This document shows positions 17,784 to 27,527 of a stretch of DNA of 64,000 nucleotides, in pieces. A program made the translations under genes and the position numbers. Source of the DNA: Candidatus Sericytochromatia bacterium. Lineage in GTDB: Bacteria; Cyanobacteriota; Sericytochromatia; S15B-MN24; VGJW01. How positions within the stretch are numbered: the first letter of the stretch is position 1; the number at the start of each line of letters is the position of its first letter. The notes below the pieces were generated by a model. The model was not told where the DNA came from. It did no database searches and saw nothing but the letters and a program-made list of their open reading frames with translations. The DNA is taken from contig JAYKHS010000022.1 of the NCBI GenBank assembly GCA_035285865.1, forward strand, positions 96,001 to 160,000. The letters run 5' to 3'.

Positions 17784-19355
17784 CTACGCGATATCCTGCA
17801 TGTCGGCAGGAAGGCCGGCCTCATTGAGGGCTTGTTGCCAAGCATCTGTCTCGCGGCGTGCGGGTTGTTCCCGACCTTGCTGCTGCCGTTCGCGATCCTG
17901 GGCGCCCTGCTGGAAGGCCTGCTGGCCCTGGTCGTCTGTTCCCTGCGCCCCGCGCCACACGACCTCCAGGCGGTCGACGCGGATCCCTTGGTCCACGAGC
18001 GTTTGCCGGACCTGGTCCAGTTGCCGCCCGATCAGGTCTCGGGCGTCCTCGCTGTCGACGTGCAGCGTCGCCCGGACCCCGCCGCCGACGAGTGCGACGC
18101 GAAGTTGGACTTCCCCGAGGGCCTCGGGCCTGAGCGTCATCCGGATCGAGCGTGGGCCGGTGCGCACGGCTTCCTGGACCTCGGCAGCGATGGTTCGCGC
18201 CACGGGCGCGCTCCCCCGGTCGCTACGCGGGCCAGCCGCCTCACGGGCTCCGGAAGTCACCGGTCCGATGGCCTGTGGCATACCATCGTCCGCAAGATCA
18301 GTGGTCGGCGCAAGGGCACTCTGGTCACGGTTGGCCGTGTCCCCGCCGCTCAGGTTCTCCCGAGGCCGATCGCCTGACTGTCCCGACACCTTGAGGTCCG
18401 CAAGGCCGACATCGGGAATCGAGGTCACGCGAGGGCCGGTGCCTTCCGTCCCACGGTCCGTGCCCTCTTCTCGGCTCTTTTTCAATCCCTCCTCGACACC
18501 TGCGTGACGGGCGATCGTGCGCACGTCGCTTTGCGCCGCGGTCAGGGCGGACGCTGCCTTGCCGATTGCTCCGGGGGCCTCACCCACGCCCTGCCCGATT
18601 GCAGCGTTCGGGGCGTCGGTACTTCCACCGACCGGCCTTGACGCTGCCTCGGCCAGAGGGATGGATGAGCTCGTGCCGGCGGGCTTCTCGTATGGGCTTG
18701 CCACGGTGGGAAGTGTGCCGGCTGAATCGAGCTTCACGGTCAGGTCGGCCACATGGCTGGCGCTGTCCTCGCTTGGTGCTTCTGCCGCTTCGACGTGCCC
18801 CTCGGGACGGCATACCGCGACGGTCGCTGCCAGCAGGGCAAGCAACTCGGGGGCGAGTGCTTCGCGGCTCGTGACCTCGACCGTAGCATCGCGCGCATCG
18901 ACATCTGCTGCAAGGTGGACATCCTGTGCCGTGGCCTCGACGTCGGCCTGGCGCGCGTCCTGCGCCTTGGTCGACCCTTCGTGGCGTTCTGCCGTCGCGC
19001 GCACTTGCCCCGCCGAATACGGCGTGCGCGGAGCTCCGGCCTCAAGGGCCTTTCGACCGTCGGCTCCCCGTGCGTCGGACCGGGAGGCGTGCGCGGTCGG
19101 TCGGCCCACCTCACGCAAGGATTGAGCAGGGTTGAAAGCCGGGCGTTCTGCCGAGCACCCCGGAGATCCCGGCTTCGGACGGGGCTGAGTCGGGCGAGCG
19201 ACGGACTGTCGTGCCTGCACATGCTGCAAGGTCTTGCGGACTTCCTCCCGGAAGGCCTGGGTCGCCTTCGGGGAGGTCATCGGGGATACGGCATCGGGCA
19301 GGGCTTGTTGCCACTGGCCCAGAGAGGCGTGGGCACGGAGATCGACCGGCGTCAT
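17784..19355 (-). CDS. fliK: Hook-length control protein FliK
   Basis: Long low-complexity N-terminal region; C-terminal IRMTLRPEALGEVQLRV...LVDQGIRVDRLEV; canonical position before flgD. Confidence 0.88.
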   Translation of the reverse strand: MTPVDLRAHASLGQWQQALPDAVSPMTSPKATQAFREEVRKTLQHVQARQSVARPTQPRPKPGSPGCSAERPAFNPAQSLREVGRPTAHASRSDARGADGRKALEAGAPRTPYSAGQVRATAERHEGSTKAQDARQADVEATAQDVHLAADVDARDATVEVTSREALAPELLALLAATVAVCRPEGHVEAAEAPSEDSASHVADLTVKLDSAGTLPTVASPYEKPAGTSSSIPLAEAASRPVGGSTDAPNAAIGQGVGEAPGAIGKAASALTAAQSDVRTIARHAGVEEGLKKSREEGTDRGTEGTGPRVTSIPDVGLADLKVSGQSGDRPRENLSGGDTANRDQSALAPTTDLADDGMPQAIGPVTSGAREAAGPRSDRGSAPVARTIAAEVQEAVRTGPRSIRMTLRPEALGEVQLRVALVGGGVRATLHVDSEDARDLIGRQLDQVRQTLVDQGIRVDRLEVVWRGAQGTDDQGQQAFQQGAQDRERQQQGREQPARRETDAWQQALNEAGLPADMQDIA

Positions 19356-19386
19356 GGAAGGTCCTCGTGGATGGCGATATGGCCTT

Positions 19387-19413
19387 CCATCGGCAGGAGC
19401 CGGCGAATCTAAA
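19387..19413 (-). promoter_or_regulatory. Possible sigma28-type internal promoter upstream of fliK
   Basis: TTTAGATT-N11-GCCGATGG, compared with consensus TAAAGTTT-N11-GCCGATAA. Confidence 0.35.
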
Positions 19414-19876
19414 GGATTTCCGGGCGGGAGTCCTTGCGCATATGCGCCTGTGTGGCCAGTTCGTCGAGCAGGACGCGCTCCGCGTGCTCGAGGCCGTTCA
19501 GCCAGTCGAGATGTTGCTTGTCCTTCAGGCGCGAGACGACCTCACGCGCACGGCGGGTCGTCAGCCATGCCTCACGCGCTTGGGCGACGTCGCGAGAGGC
19601 CTGGGAGAGTGCGGCTTCACATGCGCCGATGCGATGGTCCAGCGTGCGCTCCCAGGCGCCTTCGTCTTGAACCGCACGCAGGTCGAGCGTGCCTTCCTGG
19701 CGCCGCGCAAGCGCCTCGGCGGCCGCCTGACGCCGATGTTCCCGAGCCACATCGAGGGCTCGGGAGACCTCGCGTTCCTGCGCCAGTGCCGTCAAATGAA
19801 GGCGCTCGGCCTCCTCCTCCGCACGCGTGCGCAGGCGCAGCAGACCCTCCAGGCGAAAGCGGAAGACCTTGGCCAT
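19409..19876 (-). CDS. fliJ: Flagellar export chaperone FliJ
   Basis: FRFRLEGLLRLR, coiled coil, C-terminal LLDELA; follows fliI. Confidence 0.88.
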   Translation of the reverse strand: MAKVFRFRLEGLLRLRTRAEEEAERLHLTALAQEREVSRALDVAREHRRQAAAEALARRQEGTLDLRAVQDEGAWERTLDHRIGACEAALSQASRDVAQAREAWLTTRRAREVVSRLKDKQHLDWLNGLEHAERVLLDELATQAHMRKDSRPEIL

Positions 19877-21198
19877 CAGCGGGTAGCCAGACCCTCAAGG
19901 CGGGCCATGGTTTCGGCGAAACCCGTGGCTTCATGGCGATCCTGACGCAGGAAGGCGTCGATTTCGGGGCGCAGGGCGATGGCCCGGTCGACGGCCATAT
20001 CGCTTCCCGGGACATAGGCGCCCAGCGTGATGATGTCCCTGTTCTCCTGCCAGGTGGCCAGGCGCTCGCGCAGGACGGCAGCGTGACCCAGCGCGTTCGC
20101 CGGCTGGATCAGCGGCTGCACGCGCGAGATGCTCTGCAGGACGTCGATGGCCGGGTAGTGGTTCTGGGCGGCAAGCTGGCGGGAGAGGATCACGTGGCCA
20201 TCCAAGATGCCGCGCACCGCATCCGAGATGGGTTCGTTGAAGTCGTCGGCATCGACGAGCACCGTGTAAAGCCCCGTGATGCCGCCCGTCGCGCCCATGC
20301 CCGCGCGTTCCAGCAGGCGCGGCAAGAGCGCGAAGACGCTGGGCGTATAGCCTTTGGTGGCCGGTGGCTCTCCGGTGGCGAGACCGACCTCCCGCTGGGC
20401 CATCGCGAAGCGTGTTACAGAATCCATCATCAGCAGGACTCGAGCCCCCATGTCCCGGAAGGCCTCAGCCATGGCGGTGGCGACGAAGGCACCCTTGAGC
20501 CGCACGAGGGCCGGTGCATCGCTGGTGGCGACCACCACGACGCTGCGCGCCAGTCCGGCTGCGCCCAGATCCTCTTCGAGGAACTCGCGGACCTCACGGC
20601 CTCGTTCGCCGATGAGCGCGATGACATTGACATCGGCCTCGGCTTGGCGGGCGAGCATGCCAAGGAGCGTGCTCTTGCCAACGCCCGAGCCGGCAAAGAT
20701 GCCGAGCCGTTGCCCGTAGCCCACCGTGAGCAGGGCATCGAGTGCACGCACGCCTGTCGCCATGGGAGTCAGGATGCGCTGGCGTTCCAAGGGATTGGGG
20801 GGGGGCCGGTCCACGGACACCCAGTGGGTGGCCGCGAGGGGGCCCTTGCCGTCGATGGGCTGGCCGAGGCCGTCGACGATCCGGCCGAGCAGGCCTTCCC
20901 CTACCGGAACCCGCAGCCCGTGGCCCGTGCCCCTGACCCGAGCGCCCGGTGCCACGCCGGCCAAGGGGCCCAGCGGCATCAGCAGCAGGCGACCATCCCG
21001 GAAGCCGACCACTTCTGTCGGCACCTTGGGGCCCTCGCCGGCGTCCACGAGGCAGACTTCTCCCATCCGTGCCGGTGGCCCCTCCGTCTCGAGCACAAGC
21101 CCCACCACCTGCACCACCGTGCCTTCGAAGCGGATGGGGTCCGTGTCCGCGATGCGCTGCCGCCAGCCGGCCAGCAGCGGGGCCAGCGGCTGAGTCAA
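19876..21198 (-). CDS. fliI: Flagellar export ATPase FliI
   Basis: GIFAGSGVGKSTLLGM, LIGERGREV, MDSVTRFAMAQREVGL. TTG start at 21198 with a GGAGG RBS, overlapping the fliH stop. Confidence 0.97.
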   Translation of the reverse strand: MTQPLAPLLAGWRQRIADTDPIRFEGTVVQVVGLVLETEGPPARMGEVCLVDAGEGPKVPTEVVGFRDGRLLLMPLGPLAGVAPGARVRGTGHGLRVPVGEGLLGRIVDGLGQPIDGKGPLAATHWVSVDRPPPNPLERQRILTPMATGVRALDALLTVGYGQRLGIFAGSGVGKSTLLGMLARQAEADVNVIALIGERGREVREFLEEDLGAAGLARSVVVVATSDAPALVRLKGAFVATAMAEAFRDMGARVLLMMDSVTRFAMAQREVGLATGEPPATKGYTPSVFALLPRLLERAGMGATGGITGLYTVLVDADDFNEPISDAVRGILDGHVILSRQLAAQNHYPAIDVLQSISRVQPLIQPANALGHAAVLRERLATWQENRDIITLGAYVPGSDMAVDRAIALRPEIDAFLRQDRHEATGFAETMARLEGLATR

Positions 21199-22013
21199 GA
21201 CAGCCAGCCTCCGCTGCGCTTGGGTTGGAGCGCGGGACGAGATGCCACAGGCTTGTCCTCGCTTACGGCTGCCCGGGTGGCGGCTTGAGGCTCGACGGGT
21301 GGCGGCACCACCAAGGGTTGTTCGGGAATCGTGGGTGCCGTCTGGTCCATTTCGGCTGCCAACTCCTGCAGCATCGGCTGCAGCCGTGCGTCGGCGACAC
21401 ACCAGTCGAAGGTCACCCGGACATCTCCGGGACGAAGGTCCGGGTCGGGGGCCAAGCGGATGGTGCCCCATCGCGGGTGGATCACGCTCCCGCCAAGAGC
21501 CTCGACGAGCGGCGCTGCCACGCGGATCTCCACGGCGTGACCCCGCGCGAGTCTATCAAGAGCCTGGATGGCCAACTGGCGCGTGGTCTCGGGCTGGCTT
21601 GCTTCGCGCCCGAGAATGCGCGCCGCGAGCGCGAGGGCCAGCCCCGACAGCTCCGCTTCGAGGCCATCGACCAGCTGTTCGCGTGCCCCGAGAATCGCGT
21701 CGGCTGCCTGTTGCACCTGATCGAGTGCGCCCTGCCAGCGTTCTTGCCACGCAGCGCTGACCTCGGCCAGAGCTTGTTCCCGGGCTTGGGCCAGTCCGGC
21801 ACGGTGTGCCTCGGCACGAATCTGGGCGGCCTCGACCGTCGCTTCGGCCAGCATGCGCTGGCGGGCAGCCTCGGCCTCACCGGTGATGCGGGCCTTGAGC
21901 TTCTCCCCGTCCTCCGCCGAGAAGGTGACCTTCGGGCCTGGGATATTCTGGCTGCGCTCGGTGACGGGGATATCCCGGAACACCTTGGGCGAGCGGAAGG
22001 GCGATCCTTCCAT
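21195..22013 (-). CDS. fliH: Flagellar assembly protein FliH
   Basis: Ala-rich coiled coil, ALALAARIL, DPDLRPGDVRV....VADARL; between fliG and fliI. Confidence 0.85.
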   Translation of the reverse strand: MEGSPFRSPKVFRDIPVTERSQNIPGPKVTFSAEDGEKLKARITGEAEAARQRMLAEATVEAAQIRAEAHRAGLAQAREQALAEVSAAWQERWQGALDQVQQAADAILGAREQLVDGLEAELSGLALALAARILGREASQPETTRQLAIQALDRLARGHAVEIRVAAPLVEALGGSVIHPRWGTIRLAPDPDLRPGDVRVTFDWCVADARLQPMLQELAAEMDQTAPTIPEQPLVVPPPVEPQAATRAAVSEDKPVASRPALQPKRSGGWLS

Positions 22014-22017
22014 CGGC

Positions 22018-23031
22018 CTAGCTCAACAACTCGTCGCCACCACCGCGGCTGATGACGATCTCGCCTCGTTCCTCGAGGGCACGGATGTGCGCCACGACCT
22101 TTTGCTGGACTTCCTCGACGTCGCGGACGCGCACGGGACCCATGTATTCGAGCTCGTCCCGGATCATCTTGCCCATGCGTTCCGACATGTTCTTGAAGAT
22201 ACGACCCCGGACCTCTTCGTTGGCGCCCTTGAGCGCCATCGCCAACTCCTTGCCGTCCACGTCCCGCAGGATGCGCTGGATAGAACGGTCGTCGAGCAGG
22301 ATGATGTCCTCGAAGACGAACATCAGCTTCTTGATTTCCTCGGCCAGATCGGGGTTCATCTCCTCGAGCGACTCGATGATGGTCTTTTCCGTGCCGCGAT
22401 CGACGCGGTTCAGGACTTCGACGACCGCCTTGACTCCGCCCGCTGCGTTGAAGTCCTGAGAGGCGACGGAGGCGAATTTGCGCTCGAGCACGCGCTCAAC
22501 CTCCTTGAGGACGGCCGGCGTGGTCCTATCCATCTCGGCAATTCGGGTCGCGACCTCGGTCTGGATGTCCGCAGCCAGGCCCGAAAGCACGAGCGCGGCC
22601 TGGCCCGGCCGCAGGTAGCTCAGGATCAGTGCGATGGTCTGGGGGTGTTCCGCCTGGATGAAGTTCAGGACCTGCGTGGCGTCAGCCTGGCGGATGAACT
22701 CGAAGGGCTGGCTTGTCAGCGACGAGGCTAGCTTGCTGAGCATCTCGTCGGCCTTCTCCTGGCCGAGCGCCTTGTTGAGCAGGCTTTTCGCGTAGGGCAG
22801 ACCGCCCTGGGTGATGTACTTGTTGGCCTGAAGGACGTGATAGAACTCCTCGAGCAGTTCCTCGGTGGTATCGGCCGGGATTTTGCCCAAGTTGGCGATC
22901 TCGAGCGTCAGTTGCTCGATCTCTTCCGGACTGCCGAGGTTACGCAGGATGTCTGCCGAGACGTCGGGTCCCAGCGCCACCATGAGGGCCGCTGCCTTCT
23001 TGCGGCCGTTCAGTTCGATCTTGTTGCGCAT
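22018..23031 (-). CDS. fliG: Flagellar motor switch protein FliG
   Basis: KKAAALMVALG, EHPQTIALILSYL, MFVFEDI, NMSER. Confidence 0.98.
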   Translation of the reverse strand: MRNKIELNGRKKAAALMVALGPDVSADILRNLGSPEEIEQLTLEIANLGKIPADTTEELLEEFYHVLQANKYITQGGLPYAKSLLNKALGQEKADEMLSKLASSLTSQPFEFIRQADATQVLNFIQAEHPQTIALILSYLRPGQAALVLSGLAADIQTEVATRIAEMDRTTPAVLKEVERVLERKFASVASQDFNAAGGVKAVVEVLNRVDRGTEKTIIESLEEMNPDLAEEIKKLMFVFEDIILLDDRSIQRILRDVDGKELAMALKGANEEVRGRIFKNMSERMGKMIRDELEYMGPVRVRDVEEVQQKVVAHIRALEERGEIVISRGGGDELLS

Positions 23032-23034
23032 GGA

Positions 23035-24615
23035 CTAGCGATCGTCCTCGAGCATCCATGTCCGGACCAGCCTTGCGACCTCCTGCGGTTGCGCCTTGAC
23101 GACCTTGGATATCTCGCGTTGGAGGTGGGTACGCCGATCTTCCTCGCCAAGGACAATCTCCGCGACGTTGATGCCGGCCTTTTCGGCCGGAGTCTGCAAG
23201 GTGGCCAGCAGTTCGTCCTCCCGGGCCCGAAGGCCGCGGCGCAGCAGGAACAGCGCGACGAGCGCGACGAGGACCGCCCCCAGGATCTTGGCCAAGTTGA
23301 GGAGCTGGGCGCGCTCGCCTTCGGCAAGGATCTCGGCCTCGGCGTCCTTGGCTGCCTTGTCGTTGAAGGGAATGGCCGCCACCACCAGGGTGTCGCCACG
23401 GTTCAGATCGATGCCAGAAGCGGCGGCGATCATGTCCTTCATGCTCTGCTGCTGTTCCTCGGGGATTTCGCCGTTGACCGCCACCGAGACGGACAGGCGG
23501 CGCAGCTCGGCGGGCGGCTTGGTCTGGCGCTTGACCTCCTTGTTCATCTCGAAGTTGCGCGTGACGTCGCTGCGCCTGTAGTTGCCGTTGTCCCCGAGAG
23601 ACTCGGAGGCCTGGTAGCTGGGGATGTTGGTGGTCGTGCCCGGGGCACCGGCGATGGACGGGGCACGGCCCTGATACTCCTCGACCGACTCGCGCTGGCT
23701 GCGCAGCAGGCCCGAGCGGGTGCCGTCCGGTGCCTGAAGGATGGGTTGGAAGATTTCCTGATCGACCTCGATGCGGTTGAAGTCGAAGTCGGCCTGAACC
23801 TGCACGACGGAGTTGCCCAAGCCCAGGACGCGGTCGAGCATCGCTTGCAGGTTCTTGCGGATGGCTGCCTCGTAGCTGCGTTTGGTCTCGAGTTGGCCCG
23901 CGCTCATCAGCGCATTGTCGTCGCCGAGGTTGAGGTCCTCTGAGTAGTTGTGTCCGGCCGTGTCTGCCACGAGGACGTTCTGGGTCTTCATCCGCTCGAC
24001 CGAGCCTGCGACGAGATGCACGATTGTCCGAGCCTGCTCGGGTGTCAGGGCCTTGCCCGTCTTGAGCTTGAGGAGGACGGTGGCGCTTGGCTCGTTGACC
24101 GCATCATTGTCGGAATAGAGCGAGGGTTCGGGGAGAGCAAGCGTCACGCGGGCCGTCTCCACGACGCTCATCTGCTTGATGGTTCGCGCAAGCTCGCCCT
24201 GCAGGCCGCGCTTGGCGTTCAGGCGCATCATCGCATCGGTTTGGCCGAGCGTGCCGCCCTTGTCGAAGAGTTCCTCGAAGCCCAACTGCCCGCCGCCGGT
24301 GGGCAGACCCTTCTGGGCCATCTGCAGCCGGACCTCGGCGACTCTGCCTGCCGGCACGCTGATGCGACGGCCATCCGGGCTGACCTGGTAGGGAATCTGG
24401 GCCGTTTGCAACTCGGCGATTACAGCTCCGGCGTCGGCGTCCTCGAGATTGGCATACAACGGCTGGAAGTCCGGAGCCTGGGACCAGACCACCAGGGCGA
24501 CCAGGCCGGCGATGGCCGTGGCGAGGACGCCACCCAGCATGACTCGTTGGCTCTGACCAAGACCTTCCCAAATCCGGCCAAGGTCGATCCACGCCCGCTT
24601 GATGAAAGCGTTCAA
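23035..24615 (-). CDS. fliF: Flagellar MS-ring protein FliF
   Basis: Two TM helices, GFEELFD, LQGELARTI, ARVTLALP, RRLSVSVAV, DLNRGD; TTG start. Confidence 0.96.
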   Translation of the reverse strand: MNAFIKRAWIDLGRIWEGLGQSQRVMLGGVLATAIAGLVALVVWSQAPDFQPLYANLEDADAGAVIAELQTAQIPYQVSPDGRRISVPAGRVAEVRLQMAQKGLPTGGGQLGFEELFDKGGTLGQTDAMMRLNAKRGLQGELARTIKQMSVVETARVTLALPEPSLYSDNDAVNEPSATVLLKLKTGKALTPEQARTIVHLVAGSVERMKTQNVLVADTAGHNYSEDLNLGDDNALMSAGQLETKRSYEAAIRKNLQAMLDRVLGLGNSVVQVQADFDFNRIEVDQEIFQPILQAPDGTRSGLLRSQRESVEEYQGRAPSIAGAPGTTTNIPSYQASESLGDNGNYRRSDVTRNFEMNKEVKRQTKPPAELRRLSVSVAVNGEIPEEQQQSMKDMIAAASGIDLNRGDTLVVAAIPFNDKAAKDAEAEILAEGERAQLLNLAKILGAVLVALVALFLLRRGLRAREDELLATLQTPAEKAGINVAEIVLGEEDRRTHLQREISKVVKAQPQEVARLVRTWMLEDDR

Positions 24616-24652
24616 GCGGCCTCAACCCCGATTGATGCAGGCACGACGGGAC

Positions 24653-25063
24653 TCATACCTGCATCCGCGAAACTTCCTGGTAGGCCTCCAGGATTCGGTT
24701 GCGGAGCTGCATGGTCAGCTGCAGAGCCACGGCCCCTTTTTCTGAGGCCACCATCACGTCGTGGAAATCGACGTCCTCGCCGGCCACCAGGCGCTCCTGC
24801 ATTTCGCCCGCGTTGTTGAGCGAGGTGTTGACCTCTCCCAGAAAGTCTTCGAGGGGCTTCAGGATGGCCCCGCGTGCGTCGCGAGCGGAGGCGGCTGCAG
24901 CAGGCCCCAGACGGATGGTGCCACGGTCCGGCAAGGCAATGTCACCGGCACTGCCCTGAACAGGTGCCAGTCCATCGACGAAGTCCGAGAAGCCCGCAGC
25001 CGGCACCGCCGTTCTCGGGCGATGGATGGCGGCCGGAAGCGGGCCGATGGGACCGAGTTCCAC
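24653..25063 (-). CDS. fliE: Hook-basal body protein FliE
   Basis: FHDVMVASEK..LQLTMQLRNRILEAYQEVSRMQV. Confidence 0.93.
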   Translation of the reverse strand: MELGPIGPLPAAIHRPRTAVPAAGFSDFVDGLAPVQGSAGDIALPDRGTIRLGPAAAASARDARGAILKPLEDFLGEVNTSLNNAGEMQERLVAGEDVDFHDVMVASEKGAVALQLTMQLRNRILEAYQEVSRMQV

Positions 25064-25068
25064 GGGGC

Positions 25069-25458
25069 TCAGATCTCCAGAGCCTTGCGGGCCATTTCCT
25101 TCATCGCGCCTGCGGCCGTGATGTTGGCCTCGTAGCTGCGACTGGCCGAGATTAGGTCCGTCATCTCGGTGATGGAGTTGACGTTGGGCATGCGGACGTA
25201 ACCGGCCTCATCGGCATCCGGGTTTCCCGGATCGTAGATGCGGGGGAAGGGCGTTTTGTCCTGGGCGATTTCGAAGACGTCGACGCCCGGCAACTTGCCC
25301 TGACGTGCCCGGAAATGCACGATTTGCCGGCGAAAAGGCTCGCCCGCGTCGGTTCGGGTGGTGTTGACGTTGGCGAGGTTCGCGGAGATCACGTCCAGCC
25401 GGAAACGCTGGGCCGTGAGGCCGCTGGCGGCGATGTCGAGACCGTCGAAGGCACCCAT
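25069..25458 (-). CDS. flgC: Basal-body rod protein FlgC
   Basis: ASGLTAQRFRLDVISANLAN, YDPGNPDA..GYVRMPNV, ASRSYEAN. Confidence 0.97.
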   Translation of the reverse strand: MGAFDGLDIAASGLTAQRFRLDVISANLANVNTTRTDAGEPFRRQIVHFRARQGKLPGVDVFEIAQDKTPFPRIYDPGNPDADEAGYVRMPNVNSITEMTDLISASRSYEANITAAGAMKEMARKALEI

Positions 25459-25460
25459 GG

Positions 25461-25868
25461 TCAGCTCCCCCGGATCACGGACTTGAGGCCCTCGAACTGA
25501 CGCTTGGTCAGCTCGGCCACGTAGCTGTAGGACAGTTGGTTCTTGGCCAATGACGTCATTTCGACGTCGACGTCGACGTTGTTCCCGTCGTTGCGCAGCG
25601 TCGACGAACGGTCCCGCGACTCCACCGGGCGGACCTCGTAGGCGCTTGCCGGACCGAGTCGGAAGTGGGCCGGCGTCGTCGCCGCGAGGTCTGCGGCCCG
25701 ATGGTGGCGCACGAACTGCATTTGCTCCTCGAAGGCGACTCGCCTGGCCTTGTAGCCCGGGGTGTCCAGGTTCGAGAGGTTTTCAGCGATGGCTTCGCCC
25801 CGCTCCTGCAGGCCGTGCAGAGCGGCTTCGAACATGGCGGTCTTCTTTCCGAAGAGTCCGTCCAGCAC
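25461..25868 (-). CDS. flgB: Basal-body rod protein FlgB
   Basis: IAENLSNLDTPGYKAR, RNDGNNVDVDVEM; GTG start with a GGAGG RBS. Confidence 0.95.
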   Translation of the reverse strand: MLDGLFGKKTAMFEAALHGLQERGEAIAENLSNLDTPGYKARRVAFEEQMQFVRHHRAADLAATTPAHFRLGPASAYEVRPVESRDRSSTLRNDGNNVDVDVEMTSLAKNQLSYSYVAELTKRQFEGLKSVIRGS

Positions 25869-25937
25869 GCACAACCTCCAGGGGCCCTGGGCCAAGGGGC
25901 CAGCCACGCTCAGGGGATTCATACCCCCCGGAGAACG

Positions 25938-25966
25938 ATCTTATGTCGGACAGGCGCCCTGTTCAA
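25938..25966 (-). promoter_or_regulatory. Sigma70-type promoter for the fla/che operon
   Basis: TTGAAC-N17-TAAGAT; the -35 box overlaps the cmk stop codon. Confidence 0.6.
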
Positions 25967-26637
25967 GGGGTCTGGCGGATTTCGTCCACCCAGCCGAGGA
26001 GCTTCTCCAGCAAGGTCGGCACATCCTGGCCGTCGGTCAGCAGATGACGTGCGTCCGCAGCCGGTCGCAGCGGCGCGACATCGCGCCCGGAGTCCAGGGC
26101 ATCCCGTGCCACGAGCTCCTGCTCGAGCGCCGCGACATCGACCGACCGTCCGGCACGCTCCAATTCGGCGGCGCGACGTTGCGCCCGGACGCTCGGGGAT
26201 GCCGTGACGTAGACTTTGAGCGGTGCTGCGGGGAACACCACCGTACCCATGTCCCGGCCCTCGGCGACCAGATCCCGATCGCTGCCGAGCCGGCGCTGCT
26301 CGGCCACCATCGCCTCGCGTACCTCGGCCACCGCCGCAACGATCGAGACCCTGCCTGTCACCTCGGCCGAGCGAATGGCTTCCGTGACATCGCGGCCATC
26401 CGCCTCGACCCGTGTACCATCCGGCCCGGGCGTCAGCGACAGGCGCAGCGCGTGGGCGAGCACTCCCAGGGCTTTCGTGTCGTCGAGGTCGATGTCCCGT
26501 TCCAGCGCCGCCCAGGTCACGGCGCGGTACATCGCCCCGGTGTCCAGGTAGGTCCAGCCCAAAGTCCGCGCCAGATGGCGGGCGAGGGTGCTCTTGCCGG
26601 CACCGGCGGGGCCGTCGAGGGTCACGATATGCGGCAT
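25963..26637 (-). CDS. cmk: Cytidylate kinase
   Basis: IVTLDGPAGAGKST, LDTGAMYRAV, VAEGRDMGTVVFP, RDALDSGR..APL. Confidence 0.96.
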   Translation of the reverse strand: MPHIVTLDGPAGAGKSTLARHLARTLGWTYLDTGAMYRAVTWAALERDIDLDDTKALGVLAHALRLSLTPGPDGTRVEADGRDVTEAIRSAEVTGRVSIVAAVAEVREAMVAEQRRLGSDRDLVAEGRDMGTVVFPAAPLKVYVTASPSVRAQRRAAELERAGRSVDVAALEQELVARDALDSGRDVAPLRPAADARHLLTDGQDVPTLLEKLLGWVDEIRQTP

Positions 26638-27527
26638 CAGGCAAGCTCCAGCAGGGCCGTGTCGGGCGAGTTCTCCTCGAGCAGGACGTTGTCGATCAGG
26701 CGTGCAGGACCAATCCGGACCGCCATGGCGGCGACACCCGGGGATGTCAGCATCGAAGGGCGTTCGAGGTCCTGGTGACGGACCTCGAGATAGTCGATGG
26801 CTCCCAGGTTCACGTCGCGCTCCTGGAAGCGCTTCCACGTCTCGTGGCCAACCGACTCTAGGGCGTCCGTGCCGCGTTCGCCAGCGCGCCAACGGGCAAG
26901 CACGGCGGCCAGGGTCCGTGACAAGGCGCCTGCCCGCGTCCTGTCATCGGGCATCAGGTAGGCGTTGCGGCTCGACATCGCGACGCCATCCTGCTCGCGA
27001 ACGGTCGGACACCGGACGATGCGCGTGCCCAGGCACAGATCGGCGGCCATGGCCTCGATGATCCGCAACTGCTGGAAGTCCTTCTGTCCGAACAAGGCCA
27101 CATCGGGACGCACCAAGCCCAGAAGCTTGCTGACGACCGTGCAGACGCCCGCGAAGTGACCGGGGCGGACAAGGCCGCACCAGAGGTCCGACAACCGCGG
27201 CGGCGGCACGACTCTGAATGCCTCGAGCCCCTGCGGATACATCGTCTCGGCGGAGGGGTGGAACAGCACGTCGCACCCCCATTCGGTCAACTTCGTGCTG
27301 TCGCCGTCGAGGTCTCGGGGATAGCGGGCAAGATCCTCGGTCGGGCCGAACTGGGTGGGGTTCACGAAGATGCTCGCGACGACGAGGTCCCCGTATTGCC
27401 GGGCGGCACGGACCAGCGCGCCGTGCCCTTCGTGGAGAGCGCCCATCGTGGGCACGAATGCCGTGCGGGAGCCCGGTCGCCGCAACGCGAGAAGCGCTTC
27501 TGCCGACGTGACGATCCGGACCGTCAT
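26637..27527 (-). CDS. panC: Pantoate--beta-alanine ligase
   Basis: FVPTMGALHEGH, IFVNPTQF, RPGHF.GV, FGQKDFQQ, MSSRN, RLIDN. Confidence 0.97.
   Translation of the reverse strand: MTVRIVTSAEALLALRRPGSRTAFVPTMGALHEGHGALVRAARQYGDLVVASIFVNPTQFGPTEDLARYPRDLDGDSTKLTEWGCDVLFHPSAETMYPQGLEAFRVVPPPRLSDLWCGLVRPGHFAGVCTVVSKLLGLVRPDVALFGQKDFQQLRIIEAMAADLCLGTRIVRCPTVREQDGVAMSSRNAYLMPDDRTRAGALSRTLAAVLARWRAGERGTDALESVGHETWKRFQERDVNLGAIDYLEVRHQDLERPSMLTSPGVAAMAVRIGPARLIDNVLLEENSPDTALLELA

Noticed and set aside
25869..25937. Riboswitch in the flgB leader
   Set aside because: Only short GC stems, expected by chance at this GC content; no known aptamer consensus.
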